IMG/VR virus record: IMGVR_UViG_3300042446_001168
DNA length: 64,000 nt
Origin: a virus
Direction: 5' to 3' (one strand)
Shown piece after piece: positions 30,880 to 39,137 of this stretch. Within the stretch, counting starts at the first letter, position 1, and each line of letters opens with the position of its first letter. The notes below the pieces were generated by a model, which saw nothing but the letters and a program-made list of their open reading frames with translations, was not told the origin of the DNA and did no database searches. A program made the position numbers and the translations under genes.

Positions 30880-31353
30880 ATGGACATTGACCAAAATGAT
30901 TTCAATAAAGCAGTTGATAGCCTTTGTGTACAAATCAGAGAGAGTCAGGTTAAATTTGACTTCATTGTTGGAATCAGTCGTGGGGGCCTTATTCCTAGTG
31001 TTCTTTTGTCTCACCGTCTTCAGATTCCTCTTAGGACTGTAGAGTGGTCAACAAGGGATTCAGGTCTCAGGAATTGTTCCCCTGATATTGCCTATCAAGC
31101 AAGATATAAATCACCAACATATGAACGTAAGAACATATTAGTAGTAGATGACATTGTTGATAGTGGTATTACAATCAAAGAGCTACTTGATAGTTGGCAA
31201 ATGAAGGATAGTGATAACGTCAAGTTAGCATGTATAGTATTTAACAAGGAACAGCGATTGATAACACCTGATTACTATTATCAAGTGATAGATCGAAGTG
31301 AAAATAAACAATGGGTAAATTTTTGGTGGGAGCAAAATGAATCAACCAGTTAA
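30880..31353 (+). CDS. Type I phosphoribosyltransferase (xanthine/guanine PRT-like)
   Basis: IVGISRGGLIP, ILVVDDIVDSG.T PRPP loop and WVNFWWE. Confidence 0.88.
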   Translation: MDIDQNDFNKAVDSLCVQIRESQVKFDFIVGISRGGLIPSVLLSHRLQIPLRTVEWSTRDSGLRNCSPDIAYQARYKSPTYERKNILVVDDIVDSGITIKELLDSWQMKDSDNVKLACIVFNKEQRLITPDYYYQVIDRSENKQWVNFWWEQNESTS

Positions 31354-31837
31354 TTATAAATTCGTATCAACAAAAGAGTATGTGGATGCCTTCCCATGTG
31401 CTTACAGACAATTCCGTGCAGATTCTCACTGCAACCTAATTCATGGGTACAGCTTCTCCATGAAGTTCTACTTTGGAACCAACGACCTTGACGTTCGTAA
31501 TTGGGCTGCTGACTATGGTGGATTGAAAGAGCTAAAGGAAGTACTACAGGAACAGTTTGACCATACCCTTCTTGTAGCAGAGGATGATCCTGAGCTAGAG
31601 ACCTATAAACTTCTACAAGAGAAGAAGATGGCTAAGCTAACCATCCTACCACGACTGGGATGCGAAGGCCTGGCCGATTCGCTTTACAAGTATGTTAATG
31701 GAGTTTACATTCCTGACTATTGGGGTCCTGGTGAGTCGCGTCGTCTTTGGTGCTATCGTGTAGAGGTTCGCGAGACTCAAAGTAATATGGCTTTCCGAGA
31801 AGGACATCGTGAGTGGAACGAGGATCTATTCGAATGA
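31337..31837 (+). CDS. queD: 6-carboxy-tetrahydropterin synthase (QueD/PTPS)
   Basis: SHCNLIHGYS, DYGGLK, FDHTLL and EVRET. Confidence 0.85.
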   Translation: MNQPVNYKFVSTKEYVDAFPCAYRQFRADSHCNLIHGYSFSMKFYFGTNDLDVRNWAADYGGLKELKEVLQEQFDHTLLVAEDDPELETYKLLQEKKMAKLTILPRLGCEGLADSLYKYVNGVYIPDYWGPGESRRLWCYRVEVRETQSNMAFREGHREWNEDLFE

Positions 31838-32055
31838 GAGAGGGTAGGTACATACGAAAGAACTTTGATTGGGTGCCTGACGGAGTGTATGACAGTGAAT
31901 TCTATCTGGTCCGGTATGTTATTGAGGATGGAGCCCATCACATAGCCATTTCAAAAATGTGGCTGGATGATGGTGGTCCAGATGATGCTGATATAGCGTT
32001 GAGACTTCCGTGGGGAACCTACGTAGACCTCCCACAAAAACCGCAGAAACAGTAG
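31834..32055 (+). CDS. Hypothetical protein
   Basis: ORF coupled to the queD stop (ATGA). Confidence 0.5.
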   Translation: MREGRYIRKNFDWVPDGVYDSEFYLVRYVIEDGAHHIAISKMWLDDGGPDDADIALRLPWGTYVDLPQKPQKQ

Positions 32056-32059
32056 GCTG

Positions 32060-32088
32060 TTGACTTAATTACCATCATTAGTTATAAT
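32060..32088 (+). promoter_or_regulatory. Sigma70-like early promoter
   Basis: TTGACT-N17-TATAAT. Confidence 0.8.
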
Positions 32089-32116
32089 AGAATCTCAATT
32101 GATAAGGAGATTCGTT

Positions 32117-32308
32117 ATGACACAGCTTACTGCTCTTGCACGTTCTATTTCTAGTCCACTAATGGCTACTCGTGAAAATCTTCAGGATGCATTCGAGTAT
32201 GCTTTTGAGATTGCTAAAGCATCTGATAACCCCGCTGCCGTTATGACGGCTATCTTCGTTGTCACTAACACTATTGCTAAGCAGCTGAAGGAGATTGAGA
32301 ATGCCTAG
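32117..32308 (+). CDS. Small early hypothetical protein
   Basis: AAGGAG RBS, downstream of an early promoter. Confidence 0.6.
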   Translation: MTQLTALARSISSPLMATRENLQDAFEYAFEIAKASDNPAAVMTAIFVVTNTIAKQLKEIENA

Positions 32309-32492
32309 TACGATAGGGTTAGAAATTGAAAATAAAGTGTTTACGGAGATACGTAAAGGTTTTGACTCTGCAGATGAGAGACGTGAGGTCTTTTTAGATA
32401 TTGCAGATCATTATAATGTTTCACCTGATATAGTTTGGACTGCTTTTTTTAAACTCACCACTCTTTTTGATCAAGGAGTTATGAATGACTAG
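32301..32492 (+). CDS. Small hypothetical protein
   Basis: AGGAG RBS; overlaps neighbouring ORFs. Confidence 0.5.
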   Translation: MPSTIGLEIENKVFTEIRKGFDSADERREVFLDIADHYNVSPDIVWTAFFKLTTLFDQGVMND

Positions 32493-32670
32493 TGATCCTC
32501 AGCTCCGCGACCAGTTTGTTAAGGCTGTCAATAGTTTCAAGTATAAGCCAGCTTTGCTTCGCCAGACAATAAAAGATGCAGAAATGTACCGAAAAGAAGG
32601 GCAATTGACCGAGTTTGACATTATTTTCCTGAAAAGATTGGCAATGACCCACAGTACATGCGTGTTTTAA
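32485..32670 (+). CDS. Small hypothetical protein
   Basis: AGGAG RBS. Confidence 0.5.
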   Translation: MTSDPQLRDQFVKAVNSFKYKPALLRQTIKDAEMYRKEGQLTEFDIIFLKRLAMTHSTCVF

Positions 32671-32673
32671 CTG

Positions 32674-32702
32674 TTGACTTAATTTGTACTTCATGTGATA
32701 AT
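32674..32702 (+). promoter_or_regulatory. Sigma70-like early promoter
   Basis: TTGACT-N17-GATAAT. Confidence 0.7.
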
Positions 32703-32735
32703 AGACATTCTGAACACTTAATTATGGAGATTTAA

Positions 32736-33047
32736 ATGACTAAATCTAAAGTTGATAAAGACACTGGATACACACCAGAAGAGCAGCAAGCTAAGTATGA
32801 GGAACTTTTTGTAAAAAAGCCAAAGCGCAAACTGGCTCGGAATCCGGATCCAGTAGTGACCGACAAGCCACAGACAGCCTCGGTAGATCTGAGGACTCAG
32901 GCAGTGAATCTGTACGGTCAGGGACTAAGCGCAAAGGACGTAGCAAAGACTCTTAGTATCACGTATGCCAATGCATACTATTACAAGCGTTTTGTAAAGA
33001 ATGAAAAAGCTGAAGCTCGACTTCAAGAGTCGCTGAAGCGTATTTGA
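32736..33047 (+). CDS. Early protein with C-terminal HTH-like motif
   Basis: AVNLYGQGLSAKDVAKTLSITYANAYYY. Confidence 0.55.
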   Translation: MTKSKVDKDTGYTPEEQQAKYEELFVKKPKRKLARNPDPVVTDKPQTASVDLRTQAVNLYGQGLSAKDVAKTLSITYANAYYYKRFVKNEKAEARLQESLKRI

Positions 33048-33052
33048 TTATT

Positions 33053-33130
33053 GGGCCTCTAGCTCATGTTGGTTAGAGCAGCGAACTCATAATTCGTTGG
33101 TGCCGTGTTCGACTCACGGGAGGCCCACCA
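33053..33130 (+). tRNA. tRNA-CAT (Ile2-like, or Met)
   Basis: GGGCCTC/GAGGCCC acceptor, GCGAA-CTCATAA-TTCGT anticodon arm, TTCGA loop, encoded CCA. Confidence 0.9.
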
Positions 33131-33144
33131 CTATTGGAGAACTT

Positions 33145-33453
33145 ATGACGTCCTGGACAGTGCCTGTTAAAGAAAATGAAGACGATACGGATATTTACAT
33201 TGTTGAGACTATTAGTACTTTTGCCATGAAGTATGCTATACGTGCCAAGTCGGCTGATCGTGCGATGGATGCTGTAGTTATGGAGGAAGCACTTGATATC
33301 CACCAGAAGCACGTCGGAGAAAATATTGTCCGGTCTAGGAAGGTCACCAAGCAAGGTTACCTGGAAGAGTTTGACCAGGATAGCGAGTATCTCAAGGGCT
33401 GGTCAGATGATCAGAAGTTGAGCATGGTAACTGTGATAAACTACGATAAGTAA
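33145..33453 (+). CDS. Hypothetical protein
   Basis: GGAG RBS before the ATG at 33145, downstream of the tRNA. Confidence 0.6.
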   Translation: MTSWTVPVKENEDDTDIYIVETISTFAMKYAIRAKSADRAMDAVVMEEALDIHQKHVGENIVRSRKVTKQGYLEEFDQDSEYLKGWSDDQKLSMVTVINYDK

Positions 33454-33457
33454 TAAA

Positions 33458-33613
33458 ATGAAGGTTATTGAGCGTTGGTATGAGAAGCTTTTGGGATATG
33501 ATTGGTTCTATCGCCTGCAGAGGTTCACCCTCATGGAGTGGGTAGTTATAGTGCTAGTTGTATCAGCAATGGCATATTCTTTTTTTGGGTGGCTTATTTT
33601 TGGTGACGTGTGA
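33458..33613 (+). CDS. Small membrane protein (51 aa, not in ORF track)
   Basis: MKVIERWYEKLLGYDWFYRLQRFTLMEWVVIVLVVSAMAYSFFGWLIFGDV. Confidence 0.5.
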   Translation: MKVIERWYEKLLGYDWFYRLQRFTLMEWVVIVLVVSAMAYSFFGWLIFGDV

Positions 33614-33698
33614 AATATTTTGATGGGTTTGATATTGCAGTAGTCATATCTATTTGTTCGATATTTGGAAGTATTATTTATAAAATAATAGGAATATC

Positions 33699-34370
33699 AT
33701 GAAAATTATTATTGGGCCGTATACTAATTGGATAGGGCCATATCAGATTGCAGAAAAGATCTTGTTCTGGATGGACAGAGATAAAGATGAGCGCGTCCAC
33801 AAGTTTGGCGAGTGGCTTGCTGGCAGCGAGAATGACCCGTCAACATTGACAAAAATATGCCGGTTTATTGATAGTAAGAAAACTCGTAAAGAGTATATTC
33901 GTATTGATAAGCATGATACCTGGGGAATGGATCATACACTAGCATTAATTATTACCCCAATGCTGAAGCAGCTTCGCGATACTAAGCACGGTGCTCCCTC
34001 GGTGGATGATGAGGATGTACCTGATCATATTAAGAGTACATCTGCTCCACCAAAGGACAATGAGTGGGATATTGATGGTCATCATTTCCTTCGTTGGGAT
34101 TGGGTCCTTGATGAGATGATTTTTTCTTTTGAGTCAAAGCTGAATGATGAGTGGGACAAGGAGTTTTGGACAGGAGAGGCTGGCCCTGTTGAATGGGAGG
34201 AGACAGAAAAAACATTTCCTAACCCGTTGACTAACGAGGAAGAAAAGACGTATATTATGAAGAAGACTGGCAACCTTGAATGCAATTGGACAGCCAGGCA
34301 AGTGAAGTCGGACAGGATTCAGAATGGGTTTAGGTTGTTTGGGAAGTACTATCAATCACTATGGGATTAA
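33699..34370 (+). CDS. Conserved T4-like phage hypothetical protein
   Basis: IDKHDTWGMDHTLA.II.PMLKQL...KHG.P and GFRLFGKYYQSLWD. Confidence 0.7.
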   Translation: MKIIIGPYTNWIGPYQIAEKILFWMDRDKDERVHKFGEWLAGSENDPSTLTKICRFIDSKKTRKEYIRIDKHDTWGMDHTLALIITPMLKQLRDTKHGAPSVDDEDVPDHIKSTSAPPKDNEWDIDGHHFLRWDWVLDEMIFSFESKLNDEWDKEFWTGEAGPVEWEETEKTFPNPLTNEEEKTYIMKKTGNLECNWTARQVKSDRIQNGFRLFGKYYQSLWD

Positions 34371-34371
34371 C

Positions 34372-34908
34372 ATGAAGAAATATTTTATTATGACCGCTAT
34401 TGCTTTGGCTTTAGTCGGGTGTGCAAGTGACAAGACCAAGCTGGTGGAGCTTCCCACATCTAAGGGAATTCCTGAATGGTTTGCATCTGAGCCACCAAAG
34501 AGTGAAAAAGAAATTGTTGTAACAGCTACTGATACGTCTCGAGACATGCAATTTGCTATTGATAAGGCAATGATGAACGCTCGTGTAGAGTTAGCTAATC
34601 GTATCAATGTCAAGATTGAGTCTCTTGTTAAAGAACAGTTAACTGAGGATGGTGCTGGTAAGATGAAAGACATTAATCGTGAGGTTGAGCGAGTTAGTAA
34701 GCAGGTAACTAACCAGGCACTATCAATGTACACTCGCGAGAAGCTCTTTGTTGCTAAAGAGGATGAAGGGTTCCGTGCATATGTAATGTTAAAGATTGAT
34801 GTTGACCAAGGACGTCGATTGGTTGAAGGTAATCGTAAGAATTCAAAAGATAGTAAGGACAAGTTCAAAGAGCTGGATGATTCTGTTATTGAAAAAAGTA
34901 AATCTTAG
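34372..34908 (+). CDS. Lipoprotein (LPP20-like)
   Basis: Lipobox LVGC after a signal peptide; PEWF and A...ARVELA. Confidence 0.7.
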   Translation: MKKYFIMTAIALALVGCASDKTKLVELPTSKGIPEWFASEPPKSEKEIVVTATDTSRDMQFAIDKAMMNARVELANRINVKIESLVKEQLTEDGAGKMKDINREVERVSKQVTNQALSMYTREKLFVAKEDEGFRAYVMLKIDVDQGRRLVEGNRKNSKDSKDKFKELDDSVIEKSKS

Positions 34909-34914
34909 ATTATT

Positions 34915-35006
34915 GCCAGCGAGACTTGGTAGTCAGAGAGGTCTTATACACCTTTTAGCGCCAGATTAGCGTTCTTGAGAGGGTTCGATCCCCTCCGCTG
35001 GTACCA
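34915..35006 (+). tRNA. Non-canonical tRNA-like RNA, anticodon TAT (Ile codon AUA), long variable arm
   Basis: GCCAGCG/CGCTGGT acceptor plus ACCA; GACT-TGGT-AGTC D arm; GAGGT-CTTATAC-ACCTT anticodon arm; AGCGC/GCGTT V arm; GAGGG-TTCGATC-CCCTC T arm. Confidence 0.75.
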
Positions 35007-35171
35007 ACATAGGAGGCAACCAAAATGGGGCTGTTACAGTGTTCTTAATAGTAATAATGCTGTTGGTATTCATCGACCGTAATTTTTAACAGTATACGTC
35101 CAAGGGTGATAAGATCAACCCTCAGTGAGTTCGCCTACTAAATAATTTATTATGAACTTTCAAAGGGAAAG

Positions 35172-35960
35172 ATGAAAAAAGTCATTCTCGCTTTGTTATT
35201 CGTGTGCAGTAATAGTTTAGCTACAACACAATATGTTTACAATGTTTCAAAAGAGCAGGTAATTATTGATTCGGCATCAGAGGCTGTGAGACCAATAGCC
35301 AGTGTTACTAAGTTAATGACTGCTATCATTATCCTTGATAGTAGCTTGTCAATGGATGAGAAGGTCCCATACAAAGGATCTAAGCAGCTCTCTAGGAAGC
35401 CCCGCACTCGAGAAGAGTTACTCTCTCTGATGCTGATTAAAAGCGATAACAACGCGGCTGATGCATTGGCCAGCAGTGTATCTGGGGGACGGGACGTTTT
35501 CATTAGTCAAATGAATGAAAAAGCTCGGTCTCTTGGGATGGTCAATACCACATACGAAGACTCTTCCGGGCTAGGATTTCGTAATCAGAGTACTGCCAGG
35601 GATCTTGCACTGCTATTACAGCATGCCTATAGCTACGATAAGATACGACAGGTAGCGTCGACTCAACAATACATCGTGATAGAGCCTGCAAAGAAGGTGA
35701 AGGTTAAAAGAAGTAGTAAGTTGAAGAAAAGGAAGACGTTCAGGACGTCAGGCATAATTGTAATCAACAATACCAATTACAATCTACTAGTAGACTACAA
35801 AGAGATTGAGATTTCTAAGACCGGGTTTACTAACCCAGCTGGTAAGTGTCTGGCTATGTTCCTTACTAAGCATGGAGACCACTTTGTAGTTGTGATCCTT
35901 GGTGAAAGAAATACTAGCAGCGTGCAAAAGGTTTCAAGAGGTATTATTGACCGGCTATAA
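35172..35960 (+). CDS. D-alanyl-D-alanine carboxy/endopeptidase (peptidase S11, PBP7/Dac-like)
   Basis: Signal peptide; SVTK, SDN and KTG active-site motifs. Confidence 0.9.
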   Translation: MKKVILALLFVCSNSLATTQYVYNVSKEQVIIDSASEAVRPIASVTKLMTAIIILDSSLSMDEKVPYKGSKQLSRKPRTREELLSLMLIKSDNNAADALASSVSGGRDVFISQMNEKARSLGMVNTTYEDSSGLGFRNQSTARDLALLLQHAYSYDKIRQVASTQQYIVIEPAKKVKVKRSSKLKKRKTFRTSGIIVINNTNYNLLVDYKEIEISKTGFTNPAGKCLAMFLTKHGDHFVVVILGERNTSSVQKVSRGIIDRL

Positions 35961-35963
35961 ATA
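35956..35963 (+). promoter_or_regulatory. T4 late promoter upstream of tRNA-Thr
   Basis: TATAAATA. Confidence 0.6.
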
Positions 35964-35985
35964 AAAATAGCAGTAGAGATTATAA

Positions 35986-36061
35986 GCCGAAATAGCACAA
36001 CTGGTGGTGCAGCGCACTTGTAATGCGAAGGTTGAGGGTTCGAGTCCTTTTTTCGGCACCA
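35986..36061 (+). tRNA. tRNA-Thr(TGT)
   Basis: GCCGAAA/TTTCGGC acceptor, CT-TGT-AA loop, TTCGA, CCA. Confidence 0.92.
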
Positions 36062-36070
36062 AAATAATGG

Positions 36071-36099
36071 TTGACTTTGTTATTATGTTGCTATATAAT
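36071..36099 (+). promoter_or_regulatory. Sigma70-like early promoter
   Basis: TTGACT-N17-TATAAT. Confidence 0.8.
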
Positions 36100-36125
36100 A
36101 TCTTTGTGGACTAGGGGAATATTAA

Positions 36126-36485
36126 ATGCGTTTTGAGGGAATGGTGGATAAAGGTTGGGGACACGAGCTGATATGGGCCACCAATAATAAGTATTGCGGG
36201 AAGTTTCTGAACTTCAATACAGGATCTAGATTCTCTATGCATTTCCATAAAGAGAAGGATGAGACCTGGTATGTAATGAGTGGTAGGTTTATTGTAAAGA
36301 GTATTAACACAGATGATGCTGGCCAGTTTAAGAAAGAGTTAGTGGCTGGGGATGTGTGGCACAATCCACCAATGGTACCACATCAGTTGATATGTTTGGA
36401 GTCTGGTACAGTTGTAGAGGTATCTACTCCGGATAGTGTTGAAGATAATTACAGGATAATACCTGGAGACAGTCAGAAGAAATAA
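36126..36485 (+). CDS. Cupin (mannose-6-phosphate isomerase type II-like)
   Basis: KGWGHE, SMHFHKEKDETWYV, PHQL and EVSTPD. Confidence 0.8.
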   Translation: MRFEGMVDKGWGHELIWATNNKYCGKFLNFNTGSRFSMHFHKEKDETWYVMSGRFIVKSINTDDAGQFKKELVAGDVWHNPPMVPHQLICLESGTVVEVSTPDSVEDNYRIIPGDSQKK

Positions 36486-36486
36486 A

Positions 36487-36566
36487 GCCCATGTGGTGGA
36501 ATGGTAGACACGCTAGTCTTAGGAACTAGTCTTCGGGTGGGGGTTCGAGTCCCTCCATGGGCACCA
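36487..36566 (+). tRNA. tRNA-Leu(TAG)
   Basis: GCCCATG/CATGGGC acceptor, CTAGT-CTTAGGA-ACTAG anticodon arm, short V arm, CCA. Confidence 0.92.
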
Positions 36567-36640
36567 GCACTCGCGTTTGTTGACCGCGTATAATAGGATA
36601 AGTTGTCAACACCGAATTTAAATATTATGACAGGATCATT

Positions 36641-36841
36641 ATGACTATCACATTGAGTAGAACACAGATTGAGAAGCTAATTCAAATATATGAACACTTT
36701 AGCGACATTCCATCGTTCACCATATCATTAGAAAGTGACTCTGACATGATCAACGTTGCATTTGATATGTCTACCATTCCAGAAAAGCAGAAGACTATTG
36801 TAAGGGTTGAAAAGCCTTTCAAAGCCCAATCATTCAAATAA
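36641..36841 (+). CDS. Hypothetical protein
   Basis: AGGA RBS; 66 aa. Confidence 0.5.
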   Translation: MTITLSRTQIEKLIQIYEHFSDIPSFTISLESDSDMINVAFDMSTIPEKQKTIVRVEKPFKAQSFK

Positions 36842-36859
36842 CTCACCTAATTATATATT

Positions 36860-37279
36860 ATGAAAACAGGATTCACTTGTTCCACCTTTGACCTATTTCA
36901 TGCCGGTCACGTGTTAATGCTTAAAGAGGCCAAGCAACACTGCGATTGGCTCATTGTTGGATTACAAACAGACCCAACAATTGATCGTCCAGATACCAAG
37001 AACAAACCAATACAATCTGTGTATGAGCGTCAAGTGCAACTACAAGGCTGCAGGTATGTTGACGAGATTATTGTATACGAAACTGAAAAAGATTTGAAGG
37101 ATATGCTGTTGTCTTTACCTATTAACATCCGTATAATTGGGGATGAGTACATGGGCAAGCAATTTACCGGCCATGATTTAGAAATTGAGATGTACTACAA
37201 CTCTCGTAAGCATAGTTTTTCAACTACAGAGTTGAGGCATCGAGTAGTTGACTCTGAACAACGAAAACTCAAATATTAA
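36860..37279 (+). CDS. Glycerol-3-phosphate cytidylyltransferase-like (TagD family)
   Basis: CSTFDLFHAGH, VGLQTDP and FSTTELR. Confidence 0.85.
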   Translation: MKTGFTCSTFDLFHAGHVLMLKEAKQHCDWLIVGLQTDPTIDRPDTKNKPIQSVYERQVQLQGCRYVDEIIVYETEKDLKDMLLSLPINIRIIGDEYMGKQFTGHDLEIEMYYNSRKHSFSTTELRHRVVDSEQRKLKY

Positions 37280-37283
37280 TATT

Positions 37284-37358
37284 CCGGCCATAGTACAACG
37301 GATAGTACAGGGGATTTCTACTCCCTCGATGTGGGTTCGATTCCTGCTGGCCGGACCA
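37284..37358 (+). tRNA. tRNA-Arg(TCT)
   Basis: CCGGCCA/TGGCCGG acceptor, GGGGA-TTTCTAC-TCCCT anticodon arm, CCA. Confidence 0.9.
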
Positions 37359-37366
37359 AGTTCTAC

Positions 37367-37440
37367 GCGGGATTAGTTTAATGGTAAAACTAAAGGTTTC
37401 CAACCTTTCGTCATCAGTTCGATTCTGATATTCCGCTCCA
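37367..37440 (+). tRNA. tRNA-Gly(TCC)
   Basis: GCGGGAT/ATTCCGC acceptor, U discriminator, AAAGG-TTTCCAA-CCTTT anticodon arm, CCA. Confidence 0.92.
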
Positions 37441-37476
37441 AAACAACCGAATGGTTGACTGATATGGAGATATATT

Positions 37477-37599
37477 ATGTACGGATTTGTATTTGGAGTC
37501 ATGGTGACTCTGGCAGTGCTTAATCCCAGCGATACCAAGATAGTTACTGGTAAAGCTATTGATTTTATTCATGGAGTGGTGATAAATGTTGCAGACTAA
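37477..37599 (+). CDS. Small membrane peptide (40 aa, not in ORF track)
   Basis: GGAG RBS; MYGFVFGVMVTLAVLNPSDTKIVTGKAIDFIHGVVINVAD. Confidence 0.45.
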   Translation: MYGFVFGVMVTLAVLNPSDTKIVTGKAIDFIHGVVINVAD

Positions 37600-37912
37600 A
37601 ATTGAGAATAAGACTAGCTGTATATCAAAGCAGTATAATTATGTTGACTTTGATCCCTTCAAGAAGCAGCATAGAACAGCCTTTGTAGAGTTTAAACTCT
37701 CTGGCAAATGGCCTGCCAATACAAGATTCATACTTGATCCAATGTACACCAACGTACCATCAATGATCAACCAGAAGCTTCTTGACTTCTATTTCAATCG
37801 GGATCGTGCTATACCCGAAGACCTAAAAAAAAAATATCTAACCACAAAAAACATATATCCGATTGGCAGTATGTTGACTGACGAGGAAATGAATGACAAA
37901 GCCTATATCTGA
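37586..37912 (+). CDS. Hypothetical protein
   Basis: ORF; FDPFKKQHR...W. Confidence 0.55.
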   Translation: MLQTKIENKTSCISKQYNYVDFDPFKKQHRTAFVEFKLSGKWPANTRFILDPMYTNVPSMINQKLLDFYFNRDRAIPEDLKKKYLTTKNIYPIGSMLTDEEMNDKAYI

Positions 37913-38576
37913 GCAAATTAAGTACCGGCTATTGAAAGCCAATAAGAGATTCAATGCTAGTGATAATATCTCTGAATACATTGAGGATGGAGAGTTTCCA
38001 GAATTGGTTAAAGAAGTGCAGACCAAGTTTCAGGGAGTTCTTGAGTCTTTAGTTATTGACACTGATAATGATCCTAACTCAATGGATACGGCAAAGCGTT
38101 TAGCTAAAATGTACGTATACGAGCTCATGGCCGGACGCTATGAGAAGAAGCCTGATTGCACATCGTTCCCTAACGAAGGTGAAGGTCGTTTTGAGGGAAT
38201 GCTTGTAGTGCGAGCAGAACTTCGTTCAATGTGTTCACATCACCATCAACCAGTCAAGGGTGTTGCCTATATTGGTATTATTCCAACTGGTCGAGTAATT
38301 GGTCTTTCAAAGTATGTTCGTATTGCACAGTGGTGTGCACGTCGCGGTCAGTTGCAAGAGGAGTTAGTGAACCAGATTGCTAAAGAGATTATGCAGGCCA
38401 CTGATACCGAGAATGTTGCAGTCTATATCGAAGCTACACATGGATGCATGGATAACCGAGGTGTAATGGCTCACTCATCGATGACTCAGACGTCTGCTGT
38501 ACATGGTCTATTCCATAACAATAGCGTCAAGCAAGAGTTCTTTGATAATATTAAACTTCAAGCAATGAAGTGTTGA
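37893..38576 (+). CDS. folE: GTP cyclohydrolase I
   Basis: TAKRLAKMY, SMCSHHHQP, GLSKYVR, QLQEEL and HGCMDNRGV. Confidence 0.95.
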   Translation: MTKPISEQIKYRLLKANKRFNASDNISEYIEDGEFPELVKEVQTKFQGVLESLVIDTDNDPNSMDTAKRLAKMYVYELMAGRYEKKPDCTSFPNEGEGRFEGMLVVRAELRSMCSHHHQPVKGVAYIGIIPTGRVIGLSKYVRIAQWCARRGQLQEELVNQIAKEIMQATDTENVAVYIEATHGCMDNRGVMAHSSMTQTSAVHGLFHNNSVKQEFFDNIKLQAMKC

Positions 38577-38607
38577 CTTTAATCAGTAACTATATTATTA
38601 TAACGAT

Positions 38608-38820
38608 ATGAAAGATTTGTCTAGTTTTGCTCAAGCAGTATGGACTGCAAAAAGTGTTGAGGCTAAAAGAAGCGCAATGCTTTCTTTGCTAGGGCAGTTT
38701 CAACATAAGCAGAAGATGCAGCAGTTTGTAACCGAAGTAGAAACCACTACATCGGGTAAACGTCTCGACTTCTTGGCGGCAAATCTTTTTCTTAGAGACG
38801 GTGACCCAGTAATAAAATAA
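38608..38820 (+). CDS. Hypothetical protein
   Basis: Follows a TTGACT-N17-TATTAT promoter at 38573. Confidence 0.5.
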   Translation: MKDLSSFAQAVWTAKSVEAKRSAMLSLLGQFQHKQKMQQFVTEVETTTSGKRLDFLAANLFLRDGDPVIK

Positions 38821-38845
38821 CCTAAACTTGAATTGGAGAAATAGT

Positions 38846-39088
38846 ATGACTCAGTATGATAAATTGATGGGCTTTTTTAAATCTGGTAAAGAGATCACTG
38901 CTAAGCAAGCAGCTGGTTTGTTCAAAGTAACCAACCTCTCGGCACGTGTGTCTGAGTTGCGTGCAGAAGGTCATGCAATCTATACCAACAAGACCAAGAA
39001 CGGCAAGACTGCATATCGCCTTGGTAAGCCATCGCGTGCAATGGTAGCCATTGCATATGCCTCCAGTGGCAATCAATTGTTTGCTTAA
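38846..39088 (+). CDS. Winged-HTH DNA-binding protein
   Basis: EITAKQA..LF.V.NLSARVSELRAEG..I. Confidence 0.7.
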   Translation: MTQYDKLMGFFKSGKEITAKQAAGLFKVTNLSARVSELRAEGHAIYTNKTKNGKTAYRLGKPSRAMVAIAYASSGNQLFA

Positions 39089-39097
39089 TTGATCAAC

Positions 39098-39124
39098 AGC
39101 TAGCCCTCAGGGGCTAGCTTTTTA
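39098..39124 (+). terminator. Rho-independent terminator
   Basis: AGCTAGCCC-TCAG-GGGCTAGCT followed by TTTTT. Confidence 0.85.
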
Positions 39125-39137
39125 TTATGGAGGTGTT

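Noticed and set aside
35011-35150. AGGAGG plus a short ORF and an AGGGTGAT/ATCAACCCT hairpin after the UAU tRNA
   Set aside because: The ORF is only 7 codons unless a G is missing from the G-run; evidence is insufficient for either a peptide or an RNA.
36578-36611. TGTTGAC...GTCAACA inverted repeat containing TATAAT after tRNA-Leu
   Set aside because: The -35/-10 spacing is far too short for a promoter, and a 7-bp stem alone does not support an ncRNA call.
37284-37358. Possible amber suppressor tRNA (CTA within the loop)
   Set aside because: The stem GGGGA/TCCCT places TCT at positions 34-36, so it is Arg. Several core genes end in TAG normally, so there is no sign of stop-codon recoding.
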